Both the position numbers and the translations under genes were made by a program. Of a DNA stretch of 64,000 nucleotides, positions 39,435-52,400 are shown piece by piece. The notes below the pieces were generated by a model. It was not told the DNA's origin. It saw nothing but the letters and a program-made list of their open reading frames with translations, and searched no databases. The stretch is taken from NCBI GenBank assembly GCA_026025795.1, contig JAPEUG010000001.1:1-64000 (forward strand), written 5' to 3'. Position 1 is the stretch's first letter. Every line of letters starts with the position of its first letter. This DNA comes from Thelocarpon superellum (taxonomy: Eukaryota).

Positions 39435-40160
39435 ATGGTAAGTCTCACGTCGGCGTGGGGACTGCAACTGAATGTCACTAACGCGCGATCACAGTCTCAG
39501 TCAGGGTACGTTTGGCACTGCGCACCGCACGAGCGACCTCACTCGCGCATCTCCCCCCCACCACACACCCCGTGACGGATTCTGACGCCATTGCCCAGCG
39601 TCTCGATCAATCCCGATTGCGTTTCGAAGTTCAACGAGCTGAAGCTCGGCAAGGGCGTGATCAAATATGTCATCTACAAGCTGTCAGACTCCAACACAGA
39701 GATTGTGGTGGAAGAGGCGTCAGCGGAGCAGGATTGGGAGGTCTTCCGCGAGAAGCTCATCAACGCTAGGTCGAAGGATATGCGCGGCCAGGAGACGGTC
39801 GGGCCACGCTACGCGGTCTACGACTTTGAGTACGAGCTCGCCAGTGGGGAAGGCAAGAGGTGGGTCATCTCCCCCGCTGACACCGACGGACGCTCAATGA
39901 AGCTGGTTAGGAACAAGATCACCTTCATCGCCTGGTCGCCCGACACGGCTGGCATCAAGGTACGTTGTGACGTGGTGCTTGGGGCCGCGTTCCCGCTCGT
40001 GCTCGTGCTCACTGGCACACAGGCCAAGATGGTGTACGCCTCGTCCAAGGATGCATTGCGGCGCTCGCTGAACGGCATCGCCGCCGAGCTCCAAGCCAAC
40101 GACGGCGATGACATTGAATACAACGAAGTGTTGAAGCACATCAGCAAGGGAGCTCGTTGA
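39435..40160 (+). CDS. COF1: Cofilin / actin-depolymerising factor
   Basis: M|SQSG|VSINPDCVSKFNELKLGK, KYVIYKLSD, PRYAVYDFEY, R|NKITFIAWSPD, K|AKMVYASSKDALRRSL; four introns, ATG-only first exon. Confidence 0.96.
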
Positions 40161-40561
40161 ATGGATGGACACTAGGTGGCTTGGCTGTCCCCGACGGTGC
40201 TTCGGCCACGGCAGAATGGGGTTGGGAGGGGATGAAGGACGGGGTGGAAAGCGCCGCAACATCATGAGTACGGAAAAGATGCGAATCTCATTGCCGGTCC
40301 CATAGGTGACCCAGCGCTGATGGACGACATGCCCGACATCACCTACCAACATGTCAATGCCACGCAATAGAAGGACCGCAGTCTACCTCGTGGAGGCTGT
40401 AGGATATGGCTGATCGTAGTGTGCCTGCATCATACTGCCCTGGACCTAGGACAGCGCCTGCATGGGGGCATGAGTACTACTCAGAGCCCGAGGGAACGTC
40501 GACCCGCGACCAAGCAACGACACGCTCACATGCTACAGGCCACCCAACGCTCACACCCCAG

Positions 40562-41319
40562 TCATGAGTCCTTCTGCGCCAGCCACGCCTCTCTAAATAC
40601 ACGCACGGCCGTCTCACCCGCAGCCTCATTCCGTAACCGCTGGAACAGGAAAGCCTTCAAGTCATCCCAGAAAGCATCTGCGCCGAGTTCCTCTAATCCG
40701 CTTGCATCTCCCTGTCCGACGGATGTCGTGGTCGAAGCCGCCGTAGTCGAAGACGCGGCGGTCGAAGACACAGGCGGAGCGGCACCACCAACGAGCATGA
40801 CCCCCAGCTCCAACTTCTCCGCGCCACCGGCTGCTCTCCCCGCCAGCAAGTCCTTCAGGACCTTGAGATCCCCACAGGGCTTCTTATGATGCAGCACCTT
40901 GACTTTCTCGGGGGCTACGTGCAGTTTCTGCGCCACGATGCGTTTCAGGTCGAGGATCGTCGTCGTATCGCCGCTCTGTCCGGTCAGGGTGAGGTCGAGG
41001 GGCGGGTTGGTGCGCAGCGACTTGAGCGTCACCGTCACCGAGGGCGCGGCGCCCGGGGCAGCCGAGTCGAGCTTCGCTCGCTTCGAGGGCGGCGGGGCCG
41101 GAGCTGTGGTGGATTTGGGGAGAATGTACTGTTAAATTACGTCAGGAATGGTACGGGGCAGCGATGAGTATGTAGAAGGAGTAGAAACGGGCATAGGGAG
41201 GGGCGTACCGCTGGTCTCGCGGGATAATTCCGTGCATCTTCCACATGGTCGCTTGGGAGAGTGATGGGTCTCGAATCAAGCGTGGCCAGAAATGACTTGG
41301 CGAAGCTGAGTTCGGTCAT
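40562..41319 (-). CDS. GET5: Get5/Mdy2-like ubiquitin-like protein of the GET pathway
   Basis: N-terminal Get4-binding-type region MTELSFAKSFLATLDSRPITLPSDHVED..YP, one intron (~41208-41129), UBL domain (TTILDLKRIV...KVKVLHHKKP), C-terminal FWDDLKAFL...VFREAW. Confidence 0.8.
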
Positions 41320-44300
41320 TTTTTGCCCTTCTCGCCACCGCCGCGGATTGTTGCAGGCCGGCTCGGTGTATCGAGTGTTGATGGTGGAGGCTGCGGGCGC
41401 GGAGGGAGTGCAATGGTCCGCCGCCTGTTGCTCGTTCATACTTGTACGAGTACTACTATTACTAGGAGTAGCTACGGTCAATTCTGTACAACCACCAATT
41501 CTGTACAGCATTGTGAACCCCCCTGCAGTGACCTAGGATCAACCACCATGCCACACAGAATGGAGCAATTGGCTCAAGACTCTGAGAGCCTCATCCAGGA
41601 GGCCTATGACACATATAACACAGGTCAATTTGTGTCCCTTCACCAGGCTGCAGCCTATTACCACACTCCTTACCACTAGCTCCTAGGACATGCTAATGGT
41701 GACCAACTGCAAGCTCTGAATGGCAGGCACAATCAGAAGCTCTCAAGACCTCAGGAGGAAGCACTCAAGGTGTCAATTGATTGATTGATCAGGGCTGGCT
41801 TTCCTCCACAGCTGGATATCATCTGTGGATATGCTAACAAGCTCCTTGCTAAGTCAAATCATATAGAAGACAACACCACACTGTCTGTTGGTATCAATTG
41901 GGCTAATTGCTTTGTTAAGTGTTATCTGGAGTATACAACAACACCAAGTCAACCTCTGGATAGCATACATGCCAACTGTACTAACAGGAACCACATCAAC
42001 AGGTGGTTTCAGTGATTCCAGGATGTTATACAGGAGTACAGTGTTGTAGAGAATGATATATGGAATGTTGACAAGACAGGCTTCCTCAGTGGTGTTGCTA
42101 GACATATGAGAGTTGTCTGCCATTCTGGCTCAAAGAAGTGCTAGGCATTGGTAACACAGCCTAGCACCTGTATGTAGATAACAGCTGTTGAGTGTATTCA
42201 ATCTGATGGCTCTGTTCTGTCTCTACTAATCATTATGCCTGGCCAACAACACCCTGTGATGTGGTATTTGCATGAGGCCAACCTTCTAAGCAACTAGATA
42301 ATAGCAATGTCACCTAAGGGCTGGACTATAGACACTATTGCCATTGAATGGCTCAAATTGATATTCAACTGCTTTACAAAGGATAGCACCTATAGCTGAT
42401 ATTGACTACTACTAATGGATGGCTATAGCAGTCATGTCACTCTAGACTTTGTGATCAAGGCCTAGGACCTTGATATCATCCTGGTTTGCCTGCTACCTGT
42501 GACAACAAAGGCCTACAGCTAGGTAGAAACAGTAGATGTAGTCAATGGAGTTGGCTCTGTGGCTCCTAGGGCTCACAGACCTATGACTAGCCTCCTTGTG
42601 TTACTCAAGTTGAATGCTGGGGCTCTGCTAGCTTGTAGTGGGACTTGGTTTATATACAGTGTGCTAGGTCATGTGCTGTATCATGTGACCATCACATGGC
42701 TGTCATGTGATCACTCTTATCCTTGTGGTGAGGTGTAGAGCTCCCAGCCTCACAATTACCCCCTTCCTTAGTGCTCTGTTCTAGGAGTGCACACAGCTAT
42801 TCACCTACTGCTATTGAACTAGTTAGCCCTATAGGGTAGTTGTCAATAGTGCTGTAGGGCTAGGGCAACATGTTGTTGTTGTGTTGTGGTGAATTGCTGC
42901 TAATTCGCATGTTGTTGATATTTGTTGTAGGTCTGTTGACACTCTGCTTCTTCTACAGCTTCTGTGATAGCTATCCTGTATGATGAGTGGGGTGTAAGAT
43001 GCTTCATTAACTTAGCTTGCTAGCTAAGCCTATATACCATGATGTGGTGTCATGTGACTTGTTACATGACATAGCAATACTAGGTATAATTACTACTATA
43101 CAGTACATCTGTGACAAGTGCTGGTAATTGAAGAAATGACAACACTCTGTTGTCCTATTCCATTCTAGTGTAAGATGTAGTTGTAGTTGTAGTTGTATAG
43201 CATATGGTTGTTCCATAGCAAAAGGCAGTCAAGTGGTGATACCAGCAAATTGTGATGTTAGGTTGCAAACACTAGGAGCAGGTTGGCTTGATTGTAGTTG
43301 TTGACAAGCTCTTTTGTGTGGTCTAGCTAGTGTAGAGTGTACCACTAGTTGTAGTGTTTGTCATATCCCTTCTAGTAGACAAGATATTGGCATGAGACAC
43401 TGTGTCTGTGTTGTATGATCTGTCAATTGAGGAGGTGTTTGATCTTGTAGTAGTCTGGCTCTTTGCTGACAGTTACAGCTAGTGGCTCTGTAGGATGTAG
43501 ACAGTTGTATGGATCATCCCTAGGCACAGGAATAGGCTTGAGGTGAGTGATTGAGACAACAGGGTGGACCTTTCAATTTGGTGGGAAGTCTAGGTAGTAT
43601 GCCAGATGTCTGATGTGTTCTAGCATGTGGAACAGTCCAGCAAATTGCTGGCTGGTTTTTTGGCTTGTCTTGTTAACAAGGTGGTAGCTATAGTGTAGTT
43701 GTAGCATGATGTGGTTGCTGATGTCAAGAAATTGCACTGTATGGCAATGGTTGTAGTAGTGCTTCACCTGCATATAGGCAAAGTCAAGCACTGTTGTGAT
43801 GTTGTTGTGTATTGCTGTACACTTAGTGTTGGAAGATTTGATAGTGTTTCTAGTAAGCAGGTTGATTGGCTTGTGTGGCTGAAAGCTGTAGATGATCTTG
43901 TTAGTAGATTGTCTAGTGATGGAGACAGAGCTGTTAAGTGTTTCTTGTAGCTAGGGCAAGAGGCTTGGCCATTCCACTAGCTTGTCTAGGCTGGTGATTA
44001 GGTAGCAAAGTGTGATCTCTGTGGTCTAGTTTGTTTGTTCTAACTGTCTATTGGTTTGAGAGTGGTACAATGTTGTGTATACCAAGTGGATGTTCTGTGA
44101 CACAAAGATCTGGTGCCACAGGTTGCTGACAAACTTTGGGTCACAGTTGGTAAGGATGACTACAGGAAGACCCTAGTCTGCTATAGTGAGACAGTGAAGA
44201 AGTTGATGTGCCTAGGTTGCTGTGTTGTCTATGGTATGTCTAGCAATAAATGTTGTATGCTTGCTAAACTTGTCTGTAACTGACATGACAGAGTCAAGTT

Positions 44301-47300
44301 GCTCTTCCACAATCAGAAGAGTGAGGATGAAGTCTAGGGTGATTGTGTAGAACAGTGATAGAGGTGAGTGTATTGGCTGCATTGAGCTGTGTAGGCTATG
44401 CTGTGGAGTTGCCATCTTCTGGCAGTCTGGGCAGTGATGTAGGTATGTCTGTAACTGTGTGGCCATCTGGTTTATACAGACAGACCTGGCAAGGTAGGTG
44501 TGGACTCAGTAGTAGCCTAGGTGACCAAGGTTGTTGTAGGTTATCTAGAAGATGTTGTGGATGAATGAATGTGGTATAGCTAGCTGCTTGATGCCTTTGT
44601 GTGTGACATGGTATAGTATGCCACCCTGTTGTACAAAGGGTAGGTCCACAGCATTGTCCTTGCCCAATGCATTGTTAGCCTTGAGCTGGTCAAGTATCCA
44701 AGCCTATCTTGGGTCCTTGGAGTATCTGTTGACAAGCTGTTGCTTGAAGTTGTTAGACATCTTGACAAGTGCTCTAGTGTAGGTGTACACAGGCTCTCTG
44801 TAGTGTGGTGCAGGGTCTCTGTAGAGCATGTCAAGTATGCTGTTGTTGTTTGTTAGTGCTACTAGCTTGGCTGGTGTAGGCAGTTGTCTAAGGTGATTGG
44901 AGAGGTGTACTTGGGTGATGTCTATCAGTGAGTCCATGACATTGCTTGTAGTGTTGTTGTCTTCAATGTGTTGCTGGATGAGCCTTGACAGTGTGTCAGG
45001 AACCTTGTTGGAAGTTCTAGAGCAGTGTTGCATGTTGAGGTTGAACTGTTGTAGATATTCTAACACTTGGATAAGCTGAAGGTTTAGGTGGTCTGTTGCT
45101 GTAGTGGTGAGTGTTGTCTAACAGGTGATTATCACTGTTGTGTTGTGGTTGGTGTAGATGATGGTTGTGCTAGTTGATTCAATCAAGTGGTGAATCTTCT
45201 AGACTGTCCACATGAGTGCTGTGACTTCCAGCTTGGTGGGCTAGTAGTGTGACTCTGGCCTACTTAGTAGCTTGCTGAGAAACAGTATTGGCTGGACTTC
45301 TGACTTCTTTGGTGGTACTAGTGTTGTTAGACAAATGGTTGCTGATAGTGTTGTTGAATGAACAGTTGCTGATAGTGTTATAATCACTGGGTGAGCAATT
45401 GTTGTTGCTGTCCCTAATGGCGTGCCTAGAGGAGTGGTGATGTTGACTGCATTCAATGTTGTTGTGTTGTCTGCCTTTGAATAGTAGACTATTGTGCTAA
45501 AGCTGAAGGCTTTGGATGTGTCAAGGTTGATGTACAGTTGGTGGGATGGGTTGAAGTGTGTCAGGACTGTTAGCTAGGAAAACATCTGCTGCAGCTAGTG
45601 GAATGTGTTGAGCTCTTTGCTTGACAGTGTCACTAGTGGCAGTTGAGACAACTGGTGCTTATGCAGCCCTGTGGTGCTGGAGTTGTAGACTGTTGCTGTT
45701 AGTTAGGTCTTCTGCAATTGTAGCAGTGTAGTGATTTGTGTGTAGAACAGCATGTATTGCTGTAGGTAGCTGGTCATTCTAAGGTATGTCTCAAGTTGGT
45801 GTAGTGTACAGGGGAATTGAAGGTGTGTAATTGTGTGGAGCTTGTCTTCTGCAGTTGTTAGGCTAAAGCAGTTGACCTGTTGACTAAGTAGAGTGACTGA
45901 GGGGTAAGCTAGGAACAATTTCTTAGTGGAGAGTGCCACATTGTAGCAACATAGCTAACAAAATACCTAATCTAGTGTGTTGATGTGGTTGCTGATTAAC
46001 CTAGTTGTGAAGATGGTGATGTTGTTGATGTAGGTGTGTGTGTATGTGTGGTAATCCTGTAGGATCTTGTCAATTTGCTATTGCATGTATGCTAGTGAGT
46101 TCTAATATCCTATGACAGCAATGTTGAATGTCTCTTGTCCTTAGTAGGACACAACAGCAAGCTTGTGGCAGTTGGCTGGCACAACCCTCCATTAGTGGAA
46201 GAAGGCTGAACAATCCACTGTAGAGATGTGGGTTGCTCTGTGGACAGTGGTGATGATGTCAGTCTAGGCTAGCATTGGATAGGTGTTAGGCACAGTGATG
46301 CAGTTGAGGGTGTGGATGTCTACAACAACACAGCCCTTGTGTGTGCTGTCCTGTGTTGTTTTCTATACAACAAAGCAGGGAAAGGAGAAGAGTGTTGTCT
46401 AGTTGCACTAGTCAAGTTGTCCTTGCTCATGGAGCTTATCAAACTTGTGGTTGATTTTGGCTTGGTTGGCTAGGCTAACAGGGTAGACTTTGGCACTACT
46501 AGCCTTGTATTGGCTCAACCAATTGTTGACCAAAGGAATGGTTATCCATTCTGTCTCTAGGATGTCAATGATATTGCTAGAGTTGACAAAGAGCTGCACA
46601 TAGTTGTCAACAAGGTTAGTGAGGTGCTTAACATTGTCAGGGTCTCTAGTGTAGAGTGTGACACCATTTGGCATGACATGCTCTAGTAGAGTGTTGTAGG
46701 CATGCAGGGTATTAGGCACAGGACTGGTATAGCCTAGGCATGTGGAGTGTCCTGTAGCTGTCATGGTGGCAGTTGTTAGTACAACCAACTTGAGGGTAGA
46801 GTGGAACACTGCAGCTGACATGACAGCCTTTGTAGCAGTCTAGGCCTAGTTCTTGTGCTAAGGTGGACTTAGTGGAAATGGTGACACTGTAGTGAGGAAA
46901 TGGTTGTTGGGTGAGGCTAGGAAGCAACTGTCCATCTTGTAAGGCACAATGTCACTAAGGTGAGTGTTCTACAGAATGATTAGCTCATAGTTGCTTTAGT
47001 TGGTGACAAGGATGTGTGTTATCCTGTGGTTGACAACATGTGTGTAAGTGCTGTCAAAATGTGGCTCAAACAGGCAATCAAGGCCTAGTAGGACAGTTTT
47101 GGTAGTACTGTTAATCATGATGTGGGCTACAGCTCATGGGGTGACTGTTGTGTGTTGTTTCACCTTAACCTTGACAACAGTTGGATTTGTTGTCAGCTTG
47201 ACTGACAGTGGGATAACAGTGTCACTGTAGCTGTGGATTGTGGTGGTGTGATTGCTAAGGTTGAGAACCATGCCCTTAGGGCCTATAACATTGACACTAA

Positions 47301-49402
47301 TGAGAAGCTTTGTGTCCAAGCTATCCACAACATGGAATTCCTATGTGATACAGGTGGTAACAGGCTGTCTGTCACAAGAGCTGTCAACAAAGAGAGTTGT
47401 TGTGACATACTCACTAGTATTGTGCTGGTTAGTGGAAATGCTGTGCACAGTGACAGGCAATCCAAGGCTTTTGATTGTGGCCTCTAGGGCTTGTGACTAG
47501 AGGAACTGCCTATTGATGAGGCTAATGGTACAACTAGAGTCTAGGCAGACTGGCTTGGCTGTTGCAGTTGGTGTTAGGCAAGCTGGTGTTGTAACATAAC
47601 ACTAGTTGTAGAAGCTGAACCCTAGTTGGGTTGTGCTAGTGGCAGTTGACTCAATGATGGTGTAGCTGTTGACTGCAGTCAACTTGCTAGTACTTGGTGC
47701 TGTTGTCATACTTGTTGCTGTGGTGGTAGTGCACATTAGTGGAGGAGCTAGTGTAGTAGTAGGTTGTCTGCTAGCAACATTGTTGCTAGTCAATCTACCA
47801 TCTATGACAGTGGTGGCCTTGTTGGCCTTGATGGCCTTGATGGCTTTACTGTACTTGCTGTGGAGGTGCAAGTGAAGCTTATTGTTAGATGGGAACATTT
47901 GCTTGCAGCTCAGGCATTGACAAACAAATGGTTGTGGGCCTATAGTATTGTTATCATTGATAGTTGGCTTGTCCATTGCTAGTCCTCTGTTGTATAGGAG
48001 GCCTTGGCCTGCCTAGTAGGCTGATTGGTCCTCATTGTAGGCCTCAGTGTAGCTAGTGAAGCTGTTGTCATGGCCAAGATTGTTGGTGGTGCTAGTAGCA
48101 GCCTTCCCTTAGTGAGCACAGACAGTGGTAGCACTACCACAACCTTCCTGATAGGTATTGTTATAGCTATACCATGGGTGACTTGGCCTGTAGCATGGAG
48201 CTGGAAGCTTAGCAGGATCTTGCAGGTTGCTGTGTAGGCCTTCTTGTTGATTGTTGTAGTTGTATAGTAGCTAATCAGACTAGTTGTGCTGATTGTTTTG
48301 TTCATGTTAATTGTTTCACACAGGTTGTCTGTTTGCCTGTTGTTGGTTGTTAGCACAATCAGCCTAGCAGCTATAGTAGCCTAGTCCAGATCCAGGTCTA
48401 GATCCTGTAGACAACAAAGGAAAAGCTAACAAGAGTGTTGACAATAACAAAGAAGAGAAAAACAGAGACAAGAAATGGCTGGATTTACCACAGTTGTAGG
48501 GAGGGTACAGATTGTACTACAAGTGCTTCATCTTGTTTATAGACTTGATAAGCTTAGGGACAGTCATGCTAGAGTGCATCTGCAGAAGTGTGACACATAG
48601 GGTAGTGTTGAGATGCTTGTATGCTGTGAGGCAGTAAGTGTAGTTGTCACAGACTACCCCTGTGTTGTGACTGTGTATAACAATCTGCTGAATGTAGTTA
48701 GTAGGATCTCAACACTAATATGTGTAGTTGATAGTGTACTAGATTAACTCAAGGGTAGCTAGAGATTTGCTAGGGGCCTCTCAGAATTGCTTCTCAAGAA
48801 GCTTACACCACACCTTGATATTTGGGCTGTGGTGTAAGCCTGTCTGCTGTAGCTTGGAGAGCTTGTTAGTGTACTACAAGTTAGCCTTATTCAGGAAACA
48901 CTTATGGATATTTCACTGAAGAGTGGTGTGGCTAATGGTCTTAGCTTGAACTTAGGCATTTATGGTAAAGTCATAGATGTTCTAGAAGATCTGGTCCTTC
49001 CTATGGTAGGTGTTGTTCAACATGTTAGGAGCAGGGTTGAAGAAACCAAGGTCCTTGGCCTTGAAGACCAAGGTGTTGTTGGCAACATCTGTTGGTTGCT
49101 TTAAAGGATGAGCTATAGAGGCAGAGGCATTGGTTGTTTGACTAGAGTTGCCTATAGTGTTCCTAGCTTGTTTGTCAAGTTGTTTGTCAACAATGCTAGA
49201 GATCAGTGCTTGCATCTGCTCAAGCATAGTCAGGGTAAAGCTGTTGTTTGCTATGACTAGAGTAGTTGAAGACAGTCCTGTAGTAGCTTAGTATCTAGAT
49301 GTGGAACAAGGATGGTGAGATAGTGCCACCTGTGGGAATTGTGGGATGTCTAGTCACTTGGGACAGTCTGGTGTACTGATAGTGAGGTCAGTCAGTAGTA
49401 TG

Positions 49403-52400
49403 TGTGAGGCTAGGAGCTCTATGCCTCACCACAAGGATAGGAGTGATCATGTGATAGCCACATGATGGTCACATGATACAGCACATGACCTAGCACACTG
49501 TATATAAACTGAGTCCTACTGTGAGCTAGCAGAGCCCTAGTGTTCAACTTGAGTAACACAAGGAGGCTAGTCATAGGTCTATGACCCCTAGGAGCCATAG
49601 AGTCAACTCTATTAACTATGTCTACTGTTTCCACCTAGCTGTAGGCCTTTGTCATCACAGTTTTGAACACTTAGATACCTAGCAGAGTGCTAGCCAGAAC
49701 TAGTCAGACAGGCACCATGGTGGAGACTCAAGCAACATCCCACCTAGGAGCCACACAGGGGTCAAGCAGACCCAACACCAAGACCAGGATCAACAACATC
49801 AATACCAACACCAAGATCTTAGCAGACAGCTAACAAGACTATGAGATCCAGCAGGCCTCAACAAGCACAGAAGCCCCTACACCACCTACAGCCACAATAT
49901 CCTACCTACAACACAAGCAGACCCTCAAAGAACAGCTGCATGTCCTTAAGGAGGAAGCTGATATTTGAAAACTAGAGCAAGAGATTGCTAGGTGGCAAAG
50001 CTGTGTGACAGACACCACACCTGGAGAAACTGCTAATGAGACCTCTAGAGAAACACAGCTTGACACCACACCTAAGCAGACAGCTAGGAACACTCCTCAA
50101 CAACAACCCCATTCACCTGACTTGTCCACATCCTTAGGCACTACACAGAAGTGACACAGAGAGGAGAAGGACAGAGATGTGGGTAATCTGCCCTACTACA
50201 ACAGTCACACCTACAACAAGTAGCAATACTAGGTCTACTGTGTCAAACACCTTCTACAAACCAAGCCATACACCTATAAGACAGATGAGGACCAGCTTAC
50301 CCTTGTGAGCAACTGGCTAGGACCTGGCATGGTCAACCACTTTGTATGCAAGCAAGCAGGGGCCACACTACTGACAACCTAGAAGGAAGTCAAAGACTTC
50401 TTCCAACTTTTGATCAACCCTAGCAACACCTGAGCCAACAGTGCAGCACAGTCATACTACAGAGCAAAGCAGAAGCCAGGACAGGACCTATTTTGCTTTG
50501 TATCCTACCTGGAATCACTAGAGGACCTCATAGACCCCATCAACAACACAGCTCATGTCAGAGTGCTACAGGCCAGCTTACTACTAGAGATACAACAAGA
50601 ACTTGACACTAAGGACAAACACCCTACTAATTGAGAGAGCCTAATAGCAGAGGTGTCCAAGGTTCAGCAACTCCTGAACCCTCAGGCTGCAAGCAGGGCC
50701 CTAGGGCTAGGCTCAGGGCCCAAACAGGGCCACAGATCAGCACCACAGCTGCATGGAAGCAGTTAATTGATGTCATGGTCAGGCCAATCCCTACCAAACT
50801 GGTTGACAGGAGGGAGCTGTACATGGAACCACACATCCACCCTGTCAACATCAAACACCTCATCTATGTCAACTAAACCCTAGGACCATAGCAGCAGTTT
50901 GACCTATACAATGTTAAAGGGGTTTAGTGGTGAATGCAACTAGTGCAGCTACAAGGGCCATAAGGAGAAAGACTACTGTGGCAAGAAGCAAGGGAAGCTA
51001 GCACACAACCCAAAAGCAGGGGCTTAGTAGACATCATGTCAGCACTACTGAGTCGCCATTCTGAGACTGACACAAGACAATTGGTTGTTCTAATTGAGAT
51101 CCTGCAAGACAACAGGACAGTCACAGCCATAGCACTGATTGATTCTAGAGTAGAACAAAACTTTGTATTGCATCTACTAGCTAAGGAGCTGCAGCTATGT
51201 GACTGTGACAAGCCTGCCCTACAGGTAATAGCATTTAGAGGACATCACATCCCTACATATAGGGTCAAGCAGTTGACCAGCTGTGCTAGAGACAGCAAAG
51301 GGCAGGTCCTAGACTCAAAGGACTCCTTTGTGGCTACACTGTTCAACTAGTACAAGATGGTTCTAGGTTACCTATAGCTTGACAAGCACAACCCAGATGT
51401 CTGCTAGACAACAAAGACATGGACTTGCAGGGGCAAGGTCCTGCAGTAGTGCAACAACATCACAATTGTGAAGGCCCAAGAGCTGGCTGCTGTGGTGGAG
51501 TAGGAGCACATTAGTGTCCTTGCAATCCATGTGTCCTATGAGGACAACAGCTAACAAGAGCACTACATCATAGTAGCTGTGTCTGCTAGTCAATCTATAC
51601 TACCTGAATACTCTAACCTTGAGCAGGTCTTCTCAGAGGAGCTAGCAAACCAGCTACTGCAACACAGGCCACATAACATAGCCATTGACCTCACAGAGGG
51701 AGAGCCACCATGGGGGCCCCTCTACAACCTATCAGCTACAGAGCTGAGCATTCTCAAGGACTATGTGGAAACCAACCTAGAAAAGGGGTTCATCTAGCAT
51801 TCCAAGTTGCTAGCAGGAGCCCTAGTCCTCTTTACACCTAAGCCAGGTAAGGGACTGTGACTCTGTGTAGACTACAGGGGTCTCAATAAGATTACCAAGA
51901 AGAACCAGCACCTACTACCATTGATCAGTGAGTCACTAGATTGACTCTTGTAGGGCAAGGTGTTTACCAAGCTTGATGTATGCGCTGTGTACAACCTGAT
52001 CCACATCAAGGACAGGGATGAGTGGAAGACAGCCTTCTAAACAAGATATGGACACTTCGAATACTAGGTGATGCTATTTGGGCTTATCAACACCCCTACT
52101 ACATTCTAGAGCTATATCAATAGAGGACTAGCAGAATACCTAGACAACTTCTGTGTAGTATACTTGGACAACATTGTCATATACAGCAAAGTCAAGGCTG
52201 AGCACACACAGCACATGCACAGGGTGCTCAAACACCTCCTACACCTTGGCCTATTTCTCAAGCTAGAAAAGTGCTAGTTCAATGTTGACAGAGTCCCCTT
52301 TGTAGGGTATGTCATCACACCTCAGGGGGTCCATATGGACCCTAGCAAGGTGGAAGCTGTTGTAGAATAGCCAGCTCCCAAAACAACAAGGGATATCCAA

